A stretch of DNA of 64,000 nt from a virus. The translations under genes were made by a program, and so were the position numbers. Of this stretch, positions 40,415-48,848 are shown in pieces. How positions within the stretch are numbered: the first letter of the stretch is position 1; every line of letters starts with the position of its first letter. The stretch lies in the IMG/VR virus record IMGVR_UViG_3300042259_000159, one strand, 5' to 3'. Under the pieces are notes generated by a model. It made no database searches. It saw only the letters and a program-made list of their open reading frames with translations, and had not been told where the DNA came from.

Positions 40415-41269
40415 TCATGACTCCACGGAATCAAGCAAACTTGGCTGCTTATTTCTACGGCTAATAGCCTCGGCGTCTAGCCGCTTAGCGATTATCTCGC
40501 AGTACTTTTCTTCGCGCTCTATCAGGATCCAGCGGCGGCTAGCACGCTCGGCTGCAACTGCTGTTGTGCCGCTGCCCGCGCAGAAATCAAGCACTGTTTC
40601 ACCTTCGTTGGTGTAGGTTTTGATGAGGTATTCCATTAGGGCAACAGGTTTTTGGGTTGGATGGAGTGCTTCAGAGTCTTGGCTAAATTTAATAACACCG
40701 CGAGGGTAGTTTGTAAATTCTTGTTTATAGCTTTCAGATTTGGTCAGATCATTATGTACACTTGTCCTATCCCCATTCTCTTTTAGAGAATCCTTCCGTG
40801 TCTTTGTCCCCGTGTTTTTTACCACCTTGTCCACCTTTACAAGCCCCTGCGCGTTATAAGTTGGCTGCTTGCGGTAGAATACAAGCACGTCCTCAAATCC
40901 TTTTAGCGGCATCCTTTTGGCATTGGGGAAATTTGTTGGACGACCTTTCTCCCAGACCCATGTGTATTTAAGCATTTTGAGATTACTAGCCCCCAAAAGA
41001 CTTGTAAACGGCTGGCTAGCAGTCATAACAACAGCCCCACTAGGCTTGATAGCCCGCTTCAACTGCTCCCACATTGGCTCTAGCGGAATAATGCTATCCC
41101 ACTTACACGCCGTCATTCCAATTCAGCCGTAGGGTGGATCGCATAACACCAGGTCTATAGAGCCGTCTGGGATATATTTCATAACCTCAAGACAATCTCC
41201 ATGAACCAACGTGTTAGGCAATACGCACCCTACGTGCTGTATCTCCTTTTCGTTAGTTATAGTAAACAT
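40415..41269 (-). pseudogene. beta-class N6-adenine/N4-cytosine DNA methyltransferase interrupted by an in-frame TGA
   Basis: Upstream segment MFTITNEKEIQHVGCVLPNTLVHGDCLEVMKYIPDGSIDLVLCDPPYG ends at TGA (41123-41125), then continues in the same frame as track ORF 40415-41116 (HPTQKP, DFCAGSGTT). Confidence 0.6.
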
Positions 41270-41811
41270 TAAATAAAATACTCCTGTATGTTTAGTTTCA
41301 AATTATTCCAATCTGTTTGTGTCATATCATTTTTGCACCTATTTTCAAACCACGACAAAAACTGCAAGTTTTCTATGTCATTAGTTCCTCCTTTTGCTTT
41401 TGGTGTTATGTGGTCTATTGATGGCTTTTTGTATTTTTCTTTACCGCCGCTAACCCATCTTTCATAAATCCTATTAAATTGATCGTCATAGTAAAACCTA
41501 CTTATATAACTTTTGTACCATTCAGTTGATATGTCCCATCTGCCTGAACGATTCGTAATTACATCATTTAACAGCTTTAATTTATCAAAATCCTTAAACT
41601 GCATTAACCAATCAGTCGTTACGTCAAACCTCAAGTGTGTTGCCATGTTGTTATAATTGCGCTCAATATCACAATTAAATTTTTTAACACCTCTTAGATT
41701 CTTGGGCTTTCTGGTCTGTACCCCATTTCTCTTCAGGATTCTTGATATTAGTTTGTGATTAGTACCTAGCTTATCCGCTATAGAGCGCATTGAATCGCCA
41801 CTTTTGTACAA
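41269..41811 (-). CDS. HNH homing endonuclease with N-terminal helix-turn-helix
   Basis: Track ORF 180 aa; HNH core SIDHITPKAKGGTNDIENLQFLSWFENRCK; lies between the two methyltransferase genes. Confidence 0.7.
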   Translation of the reverse strand: MYKSGDSMRSIADKLGTNHKLISRILKRNGVQTRKPKNLRGVKKFNCDIERNYNNMATHLRFDVTTDWLMQFKDFDKLKLLNDVITNRSGRWDISTEWYKSYISRFYYDDQFNRIYERWVSGGKEKYKKPSIDHITPKAKGGTNDIENLQFLSWFENRCKNDMTQTDWNNLKLNIQEYFI

Positions 41812-41816
41812 TTCAA

Positions 41817-42218
41817 CTAATGGATAAATAGGTAATCCCCAATCTCCTCGGGGCGTTTAGCATTTTTTACCTGCTCATTATAAGGAAGAACCAAGAGTTC
41901 ACCAACAGCATCCCTTTTGGATACAGGCAGTTTTTCTTCCAGCCGTTTTTGCATAGACTCGGAGTCCATTCCCATCAACAGCTCAAAAATCTCCAAATCT
42001 TTTAGACGATTATCGGTGGCAGGTAGAAGCGATCCAAGTATACAGGCTTTATTGAGTATCAGGGGTTTGCGCCCTTTCCAGTAACTGCCAAGAGCGGTCA
42101 ATGTTTTGCTCTGAACAGCGCTCTGTTCTTTAAAACTTTCAGCGGATATTTTTTGCACTGGAAAGAGATGTTCAATCAGTGCCGGTTTATCTTTCCATTC
42201 GAACGGTTTCAGTGCCAT
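41817..42218 (-). CDS. hypothetical protein
   Basis: Internal Met (MALKPFEW) of track ORF 41817-42293; overlapping ORF 42218-42448 in another frame leaves the start unclear. Confidence 0.35.
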   Translation of the reverse strand: MALKPFEWKDKPALIEHLFPVQKISAESFKEQSAVQSKTLTALGSYWKGRKPLILNKACILGSLLPATDNRLKDLEIFELLMGMDSESMQKRLEEKLPVSKRDAVGELLVLPYNEQVKNAKRPEEIGDYLFIH

Positions 42219-42592
42219 CAGATATCTCCCTTTTCTATAAATCCAACAAGAGGAAGGACTTCTTGTTTTGCTTGTATATTGTACATCTGGCAAAGATCAG
42301 TAAGATTGTCAGAAGATGTAACCCACTTACCAACCTGATTTTTGACATCGAAAAAGGTAACACCCTTATTGTGATTGCATGGTAAGAGGTTTTCAAAAAG
42401 ATTATGGCACCCCCTTAAGGAGGGCTTTTGTATCATAACACCTTCCACAGGTGGGACAAAATATTAAACTGGTTAGTTCTGTTTGGTGTATAGTCATCAA
42501 CACACCCTCCCATCACTTGTCATTTGCTTGCTCCTCTGTGTTTTTTGTATGGTTTTATAGCCTCGGCATCGCCCCTGCTTTCTGCCCATTGC

Positions 42593-43417
42593 TTAGATGA
42601 TTGCTTTATTCTCATGTGCACTCTCAATGCGCCGCTTGGCAATGTTGAAATAGCCTTGGTCTAGCTCAATACCGATAAAGCAGCGGTTCAGCAGCTTGGC
42701 CATCTTGCCAGTCGTACCGCTGCCCATGAAGGGGTCGAAAATCGTATCGCCTTCGTTTGACCAGCTTGATATATGTCTTTGCGCTAATTTTTCAGGAAAA
42801 ATTGCAGGGTGCTTAAACGCCTCACTATCCATTGTTGAGTGACCTTTACCTGTCGTTATGTACCATATATTTCCATCTATCTTATCTAATCCAACTGGTT
42901 TCCTTTTCTTGCCACTTCTGGCACTGCGCATTTTTTCAGTTGTAGATGAAAAATAACTGTTCTGACGTGAAGTTTCTTTTTCCGGATATTTTGTCGGAAC
43001 TCGAATGGCGTTAAAGGTTTTAGGTCTACCCTTACTAAAAACAAACATATACTCAAAATCTTGTTCGTATCTGTTGTGGTTTTTCGGTAGTGCGTTTTTA
43101 TGGTATATCATCGTATCATGCAGCCGGAAGCCGCACTCCATAGCCCACAATGCTTGCTTAAAGCTAGTACCTGTCTCACTACCCTTAATCGTGGCGTCAC
43201 CAACAACCCAAACAACAACCCCACCATCTTTAGTAACACGGTATAGGTCTTTAATAACCGCCTTCCAAACATGCTCTCCCCACAACGCATTATTGCCGTT
43301 ATAAGTGCGCAGATTATCGTATGGTGGGCTTGTTACCGTTAAATCAACAATACCATCAGGTATTTCTTTCATCCGCTCAAGGCAATCGCCTAGCATCAGC
43401 TTAATCATCATCACCAC
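42593..43417 (-). CDS. beta-class N6-adenine/N4-cytosine DNA methyltransferase
   Basis: Track ORF 274 aa; motif IV SPPY near the N-terminus, HPAIFP, motif I DPFMGSGTT near the C-terminus. Confidence 0.8.
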   Translation of the reverse strand: MVMMIKLMLGDCLERMKEIPDGIVDLTVTSPPYDNLRTYNGNNALWGEHVWKAVIKDLYRVTKDGGVVVWVVGDATIKGSETGTSFKQALWAMECGFRLHDTMIYHKNALPKNHNRYEQDFEYMFVFSKGRPKTFNAIRVPTKYPEKETSRQNSYFSSTTEKMRSARSGKKRKPVGLDKIDGNIWYITTGKGHSTMDSEAFKHPAIFPEKLAQRHISSWSNEGDTIFDPFMGSGTTGKMAKLLNRCFIGIELDQGYFNIAKRRIESAHENKAII

Positions 43418-43634
43418 CCATCAGCCCGTCAAACAAATCATCGGTATATCCTTCAATTTTCCCTTCAATATGCCCATCAATCCATGCCCCACCGTATGTT
43501 TTAGGGTAGGGGCTAGTAACACCTTCTAGCTTGTTACGGCTATCCTGTTCACAACACAAGGGGATGTACTTGTTCTGTTCATTTTCACAATCCACCTCAA
43601 TCACATATCTCATGATTTCTCCTTTTATTCGCTC

Positions 43635-44351
43635 TTATATTTCCGAAAGACGCTTGTTTCCCCTGAACCTTTTACCTTCCGAGTAATTTATTCTCTCCTC
43701 AAGATCAAGCATCCTCGCCCACAATTCCGGCTTATTATTTTTAACAGCCAAAAGGCTGTCCAAGGGTTGAAGGGGGCAGCAATAGCAGGATACCCTATTC
43801 ATGTGTTTGTAGAGGCCCCCCCAATCAAAGCCCCTATCATAGCAGTATTCAAGGGCTGATTTTTCGTCCATATCCCACTCTATCAAAGGAAAACGAAGAA
43901 TCCATCCATGTTTTTCAGCATTAGCATTCATTGTTCTAGAGAGCGCCCTCTCTGATTCATCTTTTGCAAAGCCAATACACTTAACAATGTTACCATCTAT
44001 TTTTTTATAGCTCATCCCCCTCAAATAGTAATCAAAAGCTTTTATCTTTTCTCTTGTACACCACCTTCTAGACGGTGATGGCCATCCAACACCACGGCAC
44101 CTTACTTCTTTAGTCCCCCTAGAGACCACTTCGTGCTCCGTAAGCCAATAATCAAAGGGTTTGTTTGGTTTGAGTATGGTGATTTTGCGAGAAATATAGT
44201 CTTCAACCTTTTTGATATGATCATACATCTCGGGAAATTCCCAACCTGTGTCAAACATAACAATGTCTTCAATCTTTTCTCCACATTCAATGGCCTTCAA
44301 AAGCATTGCTGTAGAATCCTTTCCCCCGCTAAAACTAAAAAATTGTCGCAT
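43635..44351 (-). CDS. PAPS reductase-like / PP-loop ATP pyrophosphatase family protein
   Basis: Track ORF 238 aa; PP-loop FSGGKDS at N-terminus and C-terminal Cys cluster CYCCP. Confidence 0.65.
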   Translation of the reverse strand: MRQFFSFSGGKDSTAMLLKAIECGEKIEDIVMFDTGWEFPEMYDHIKKVEDYISRKITILKPNKPFDYWLTEHEVVSRGTKEVRCRGVGWPSPSRRWCTREKIKAFDYYLRGMSYKKIDGNIVKCIGFAKDESERALSRTMNANAEKHGWILRFPLIEWDMDEKSALEYCYDRGFDWGGLYKHMNRVSCYCCPLQPLDSLLAVKNNKPELWARMLDLEERINYSEGKRFRGNKRLSEI

Positions 44352-44631
44352 ATACTACTCCTTTTTGCAATCTAACGTTTATTAACATATTTTCCTCTGA
44401 CAGGTACTCCCCTGTAAAGCACAGGTGTATCAAAATAGTACTCTTCTGTCAACCTGTTTAGAGGAGTATAATGCCAAGTTTGGTTTTTATTTGATGTCCA
44501 TGAAAAATGAGGAAAGGGGAATATCTTTTCACAATTAACCCTCCCTCCACATGTAATTTGTTTCCAGATTGCCCAGATAAGACAGTTACCGTACCGCATA
44601 AACTTACCACGTATAAAAGAGGATATAAAAG

Positions 44632-44943
44632 TTAAAGTTTGTCATCCAACCCCTTTATCCACCGACTATACTCTGTATCTGAGAGGCCAAAATATTCTTG
44701 AAGGGTAACACCTTCACATTCATCGCCACCATACCGCTTATCGATCATGTTGTCAACAATTTTCCTGTTTATCTTTTGAGGCTTATTTAATGTTGATGCC
44801 ACATACTTAACATCTAGAACGTGGTATACATACAGGAGAACAATCCAAATAAACGGAGTCATCCCACTAAAGGTGGCATAAAGGGTCGCTACAAACAAGG
44901 TAGCAATAGTGGCAAAGTAAGAAACAATAAAAACAGGGTACAC
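44632..44943 (-). CDS. membrane protein
   Basis: Track ORF 103 aa; two N-terminal hydrophobic helices. Confidence 0.4.
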   Translation of the reverse strand: MYPVFIVSYFATIATLFVATLYATFSGMTPFIWIVLLYVYHVLDVKYVASTLNKPQKINRKIVDNMIDKRYGGDECEGVTLQEYFGLSDTEYSRWIKGLDDKL

Positions 44944-45138
44944 GGCAACACCTCCTAAATATGTTCTTCTATAAGATTCTTTGTACTTATAACACAGAAC
45001 CTGATGGAGCTATACAGCCCAAGGAGCAAACCTGTGGTAATGAAGCCGCTAACAACTATGCTTCCTGACAAAGCCATAACCAGAAGATAGGCAAAGAAGA
45101 GACAACCACACAACGATCCTGCAAAATCAAGCAGTGTT

Positions 45139-45693
45139 TTAAAGCCTTTCATGTTGTTCTTTCTCCATAATATATTGACAAATAACTTTTGCTGCTTTTT
45201 CGTCACTTACTAGGTTTATAAAAGGTATATTATACTCTATAAGAAAGTTTTTTATCTTAATATCTACCTCTTCAGCCTCTTTTACATCCTTTTGGGTGCG
45301 TCCCTTTGAATCATAGGGGAACTTTTTATTTCTTTCCAAGAGGATGTTAACGTTGTCATATGCATTGAAAGTTTCAACAACAAGGTGTTGAAATGCGTTT
45401 TTAGGAACAAAACCATCAACCTTGCAATAGATGGCTGATAGGAGTATAGGGCTGTCTGTAACCACGAAGTCTGCCTGCCCATAGATACTTTTCTGTTGCA
45501 GTAGCTGTTTTGCGAAAATGTAGAGTTGCTCTTCTTGGAGAATCTTCTCTCTGCCCTGATATACCAAGCTTTTAGCATACTCTGTTACCAGTTCAGTGCT
45601 CAGATGTCTCCTTTTCATTACTGAGAAAAGATCCGCAGCGACAGTGCTTTTACCGGCACAAGGCCCACCAAAGATGTTGATTATTTTAGTCAT
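45139..45693 (-). CDS. P-loop nucleotide kinase-like protein
   Basis: Track ORF 184 aa; Walker A GGPCAGKST at the N-terminus. Confidence 0.6.
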   Translation of the reverse strand: MTKIINIFGGPCAGKSTVAADLFSVMKRRHLSTELVTEYAKSLVYQGREKILQEEQLYIFAKQLLQQKSIYGQADFVVTDSPILLSAIYCKVDGFVPKNAFQHLVVETFNAYDNVNILLERNKKFPYDSKGRTQKDVKEAEEVDIKIKNFLIEYNIPFINLVSDEKAAKVICQYIMEKEQHERL

Positions 45694-46211
45694 TATCCCT
45701 CCAAACCTTCTTCAACAATCCACCAATTCTTTACAAGGAGTGTGTGGTATACACTCCCGTCCTCCAAAGACACCACACACGCAAGAGGGATTCCATCATA
45801 TATACCAATAACCTCTTGAATAATAAAAACACACCCCTCCTCTACCTGACACGGCTCATACTCCTCAACAAAATAATCATAGAGATTACCATCCTTGAGA
45901 ACAATAACGGCAAGCATCCCCACCAAAACCTCTTTAGTTTGTGTAACAACGGCTGTACCGTTTGAGGTGGCCTTGCTACCAATCAGAGAAGCTGCGCTAC
46001 TATCTCTTACAAGGCTCAGGAGAAATACCATCCCCACAAGCAGATAAATTATTAGTAAAGTCTTCTTCTTCAACAAAATACTCCTTTTTTTGTATTCTTG
46101 CTTTATATTCTTCCCCACAATCCAAACAAACAACGGATCCCGCTGTGTAGACACCGTCCGGTTGTTCTTCAAACTGAAAAACACATCTCCCTGAGCACTT
46201 CGGGCAAACCA

Positions 46212-46439
46212 TCATACCGAATCCTCCTTTTCATTCATCTCTTTTAGGCATTGTAAACAGATATGCTCCCAATCTTCATCAAACTTAACCTTCTTTGATT
46301 CCACGATGGAAGCGATGGGGTATATGACCTCGTAATCATCTGTTACCCCGCAGCAGTCACAAAGGAAAGCCTCTTTCAAATACTTCATAACAACCTCCAT
46401 GAAAAGAATATACACATAACAAAGAAGAAAGTCAAGCAA
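46212..46439 (-). CDS. small zinc-finger protein
   Basis: Track ORF 75 aa; CDCCG...CLQC. Confidence 0.35.
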   Translation of the reverse strand: MLDFLLCYVYILFMEVVMKYLKEAFLCDCCGVTDDYEVIYPIASIVESKKVKFDEDWEHICLQCLKEMNEKEDSV

Positions 46440-46471
46440 AAAAAAAAGGAGAGCCGAAGCTCTCCGTAAAT

Positions 46472-46870
46472 CTACCCTTTCTGACTTCTCTCAATGTAGT
46501 CATCAATGAGGGCATCTTTCTTTTTAATCCTTCCATCCAGATCGACACCTTCTTTGAAGGCTTTTGACTTAATCTCCTCAATGGAGAGATTCTCAAGCTC
46601 CTCCCGCAAGGTGTTTTCCGCTCCTGTGGCAACCTCCTGCATCTTCTCTTCCTCTTTTACCGTTGTCTCAACCACAACACTCTCTGGGTCATTGATAGCC
46701 TCTCCCGCACTTTTAGGTACGGTTACAGAATATTGACTGCCAAAACGGTTCATTTTTACACCCGCAAGAGACACACCAGCAACGCCAAGACAGTAGGCAA
46801 TACGTGCATAATCACGATGGTTGAACGCACTGTAAACATAAAAATCAATAAGCTCTTTTGTATAAAACAC
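46472..46870 (-). CDS. hypothetical protein
   Basis: Track ORF 132 aa. Confidence 0.45.
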   Translation of the reverse strand: MFYTKELIDFYVYSAFNHRDYARIAYCLGVAGVSLAGVKMNRFGSQYSVTVPKSAGEAINDPESVVVETTVKEEEKMQEVATGAENTLREELENLSIEEIKSKAFKEGVDLDGRIKKKDALIDDYIERSQKG

Positions 46871-46871
46871 C

Positions 46872-47999
46872 TTAATCCTCCCTGATATATTGTCCTACAG
46901 TATTCCCTTGCGGAATACCATCTTTCGAAAACTCCTGAAACTTAACATTAAGCCACTTGCCAATATAGCTGTCTTTGTACTTTATAATTTGCTCTCTATA
47001 GGCATCCTCCCCCATAGGTCTAACTTCAAAAATCTTTTTATTCTGGGTTTCACAGACAAACATACCTTGGCGGTATGCAACACACCCGTCTGTATTATAG
47101 ATTGGTTTTGTTTCCACCACATCTACAATTTTAAACTCATTATCCATAAAGCTTTTATATTTCCACAGGTGAGGAGACCTAGTACATTCATAGGGGGCAT
47201 CTATTCTTATTATTATGCCCTCAAATCCTTGCTGAACACGTTCGTTACATATCTTCTCCAAGGAATCACAGGAAGGCAGTCTCATATCCTTCTGCTGGAG
47301 GAGGGTGTTTGGGGTAAGAAAGGCAGTTCTTTCCCTATAAGTAAGATGCTCCATCCCCTTAATATAAACATCAAATACTACAAAGTCAATATCATATATT
47401 TCAGCATTACCTGTCTTTACAAATGAGTTGATATCTTGTAAGGGCATCCCGTGCTTATAAAACTCCCCATCAAGTATTACATTCTCCTCCTTGGCCTTCA
47501 TCCCTCTTGCAATCCTTGATATAAGAGCCTCTGACTGGTAATACGCACGGCATTGTAAAGGCACCTTGGAATATTCTACATTTTTACGTGAGAAAAACAG
47601 CCTTCTCCTGTCAACTTCTTGGAAGGTGGCTCGTAACCCGTTTAACTTATTTTGAAGCACCACAGACCCGCCCACGGCCATTTTTTCCATACGTCTATAG
47701 TTTTTCCTTCCGTCCTGCGCCTTCATAGGGTAGAAGGTGGAACCCCACTGTTCAATATCTTCGACATACCCTTTACGCTCTATCTGCTTCCTGTGCAGGG
47801 CGGCAGCTTCAAGACGTGCCTGTTCCTCTGCTGTTGTCTCATTTGCTTTCCCTATATTCTTACCGTTGCAAACCGTTTTTCTTTTTGTTTGTTTACCGCC
47901 CTGTGTTCCGTGGATAACAGTGAAGGAATCTCCCTCAACAAAGATCCTCCACTCCCTGATTTTGCCTTTTCTATCTTTAGCATATAGTGTGGAAAACAC
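46872..47999 (-). CDS. ATP-dependent DNA ligase
   Basis: Track ORF 375 aa; motif I KLNGLR, motif III ILDGEFY, motif IV EGIIIR, motif V LWKYK. Confidence 0.8.
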   Translation of the reverse strand: MFSTLYAKDRKGKIREWRIFVEGDSFTVIHGTQGGKQTKRKTVCNGKNIGKANETTAEEQARLEAAALHRKQIERKGYVEDIEQWGSTFYPMKAQDGRKNYRRMEKMAVGGSVVLQNKLNGLRATFQEVDRRRLFFSRKNVEYSKVPLQCRAYYQSEALISRIARGMKAKEENVILDGEFYKHGMPLQDINSFVKTGNAEIYDIDFVVFDVYIKGMEHLTYRERTAFLTPNTLLQQKDMRLPSCDSLEKICNERVQQGFEGIIIRIDAPYECTRSPHLWKYKSFMDNEFKIVDVVETKPIYNTDGCVAYRQGMFVCETQNKKIFEVRPMGEDAYREQIIKYKDSYIGKWLNVKFQEFSKDGIPQGNTVGQYIRED

Positions 48000-48053
48000 A
48001 AAGAACCCCTGTACATAAAAAGTTTTCTGGAATAAAACAAAGGAAATACATAA

Positions 48054-48287
48054 TTAACCTTTATTCAGAAGAGATGTTAGCATTTCTGTAAAAGCCGCTA
48101 CCTCGTCCATCTCGTCTGAGAAGTTTTGTTTGTGAACAACCTTAACCACCCTATTGAACAAAGCAGGCTTGATATCAAACTCCTCTTTGGCAGTTTTTGC
48201 CAACTCTTTGCGCTGCTCTTTTATTTGATTTTCTTCTTCCATAAGTACTGCTGCCGATTCAATCATGTTCTTAAGCTTCTGTTCCAT
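48054..48287 (-). CDS. hypothetical protein
   Basis: Track ORF 77 aa. Confidence 0.4.
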   Translation of the reverse strand: MEQKLKNMIESAAVLMEEENQIKEQRKELAKTAKEEFDIKPALFNRVVKVVHKQNFSDEMDEVAAFTEMLTSLLNKG

Positions 48288-48296
48288 AATTCCTCC

Positions 48297-48848
48297 TTAT
48301 TTAACTCCTGTGCTTCCGTGACCACCACGATTTTTACCACTGAGGCTATCAACCTGTTTCAAAACAAAACCCTCACTGCGCATCGTGGATGTTACCCTGA
48401 ATTGGCAAACCCTATCATTTTTTGCTACTCTCCCATCACGCATAGCTATGACAGGGAAAAGCCACTCATCCCCCTCACCGCAGTAGGTGTTATCAATAAT
48501 GCCCATACTATTAGTGAGAAGAAATCCATAGTTTTTAAAGGTGGAAGATCGGGGAACAACATGTGCCTCGCTTCCCTCTGGTAGCTGCACTGCTATGCCA
48601 AGGCGGATTCTTAAATAATCGTTAGGATAATAATACCAATATTGTCCAGTATTTACCAAGGGCTTAAAAATAATCTCCCCTGTGCTTTTACACATATACC
48701 CTTTCTCAATGCTAGAAACACGAAGGTCAATCCAATCCCCGATATCAATTACCTCCGGCGGGATAAGGTCTTTATCCAAAACCTTAAAACAAATCTCCTT
48801 TCTCAAAACTACCTCCTTTTTAGGGGGTCGTAACCCCCTTTTTTTCAA
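48297..48848 (-). CDS. dut: dUTP diphosphatase (dUTPase)
   Basis: Track ORF 183 aa; trimeric dUTPase motifs (DLRVSS, RSS, GIIDNTYCGE, RVCQ, RGGHGSTG). Confidence 0.8.
   Translation of the reverse strand: MKKRGLRPPKKEVVLRKEICFKVLDKDLIPPEVIDIGDWIDLRVSSIEKGYMCKSTGEIIFKPLVNTGQYWYYYPNDYLRIRLGIAVQLPEGSEAHVVPRSSTFKNYGFLLTNSMGIIDNTYCGEGDEWLFPVIAMRDGRVAKNDRVCQFRVTSTMRSEGFVLKQVDSLSGKNRGGHGSTGVK

Noticed and set aside
40415-41269. Genome-wide TGA recoding or a phage opal-suppressor tRNA explaining the in-frame TGA
   Set aside because: TGA ends other genes in this window, including this same methyltransferase, and none of the hand-folded tRNAs has a UCA anticodon. The UAA and UAG anticodons read Leu codons and are not suppressors.
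45693-46215. Overlapping ORFs 45693-46184 and 46000-46215
   Set aside because: They overlap by about 185 nt in different frames and neither start is supported, so they were left out of the feature list; 46000-46215 has a zinc-ribbon N-terminus but an implausible C-terminal tail.
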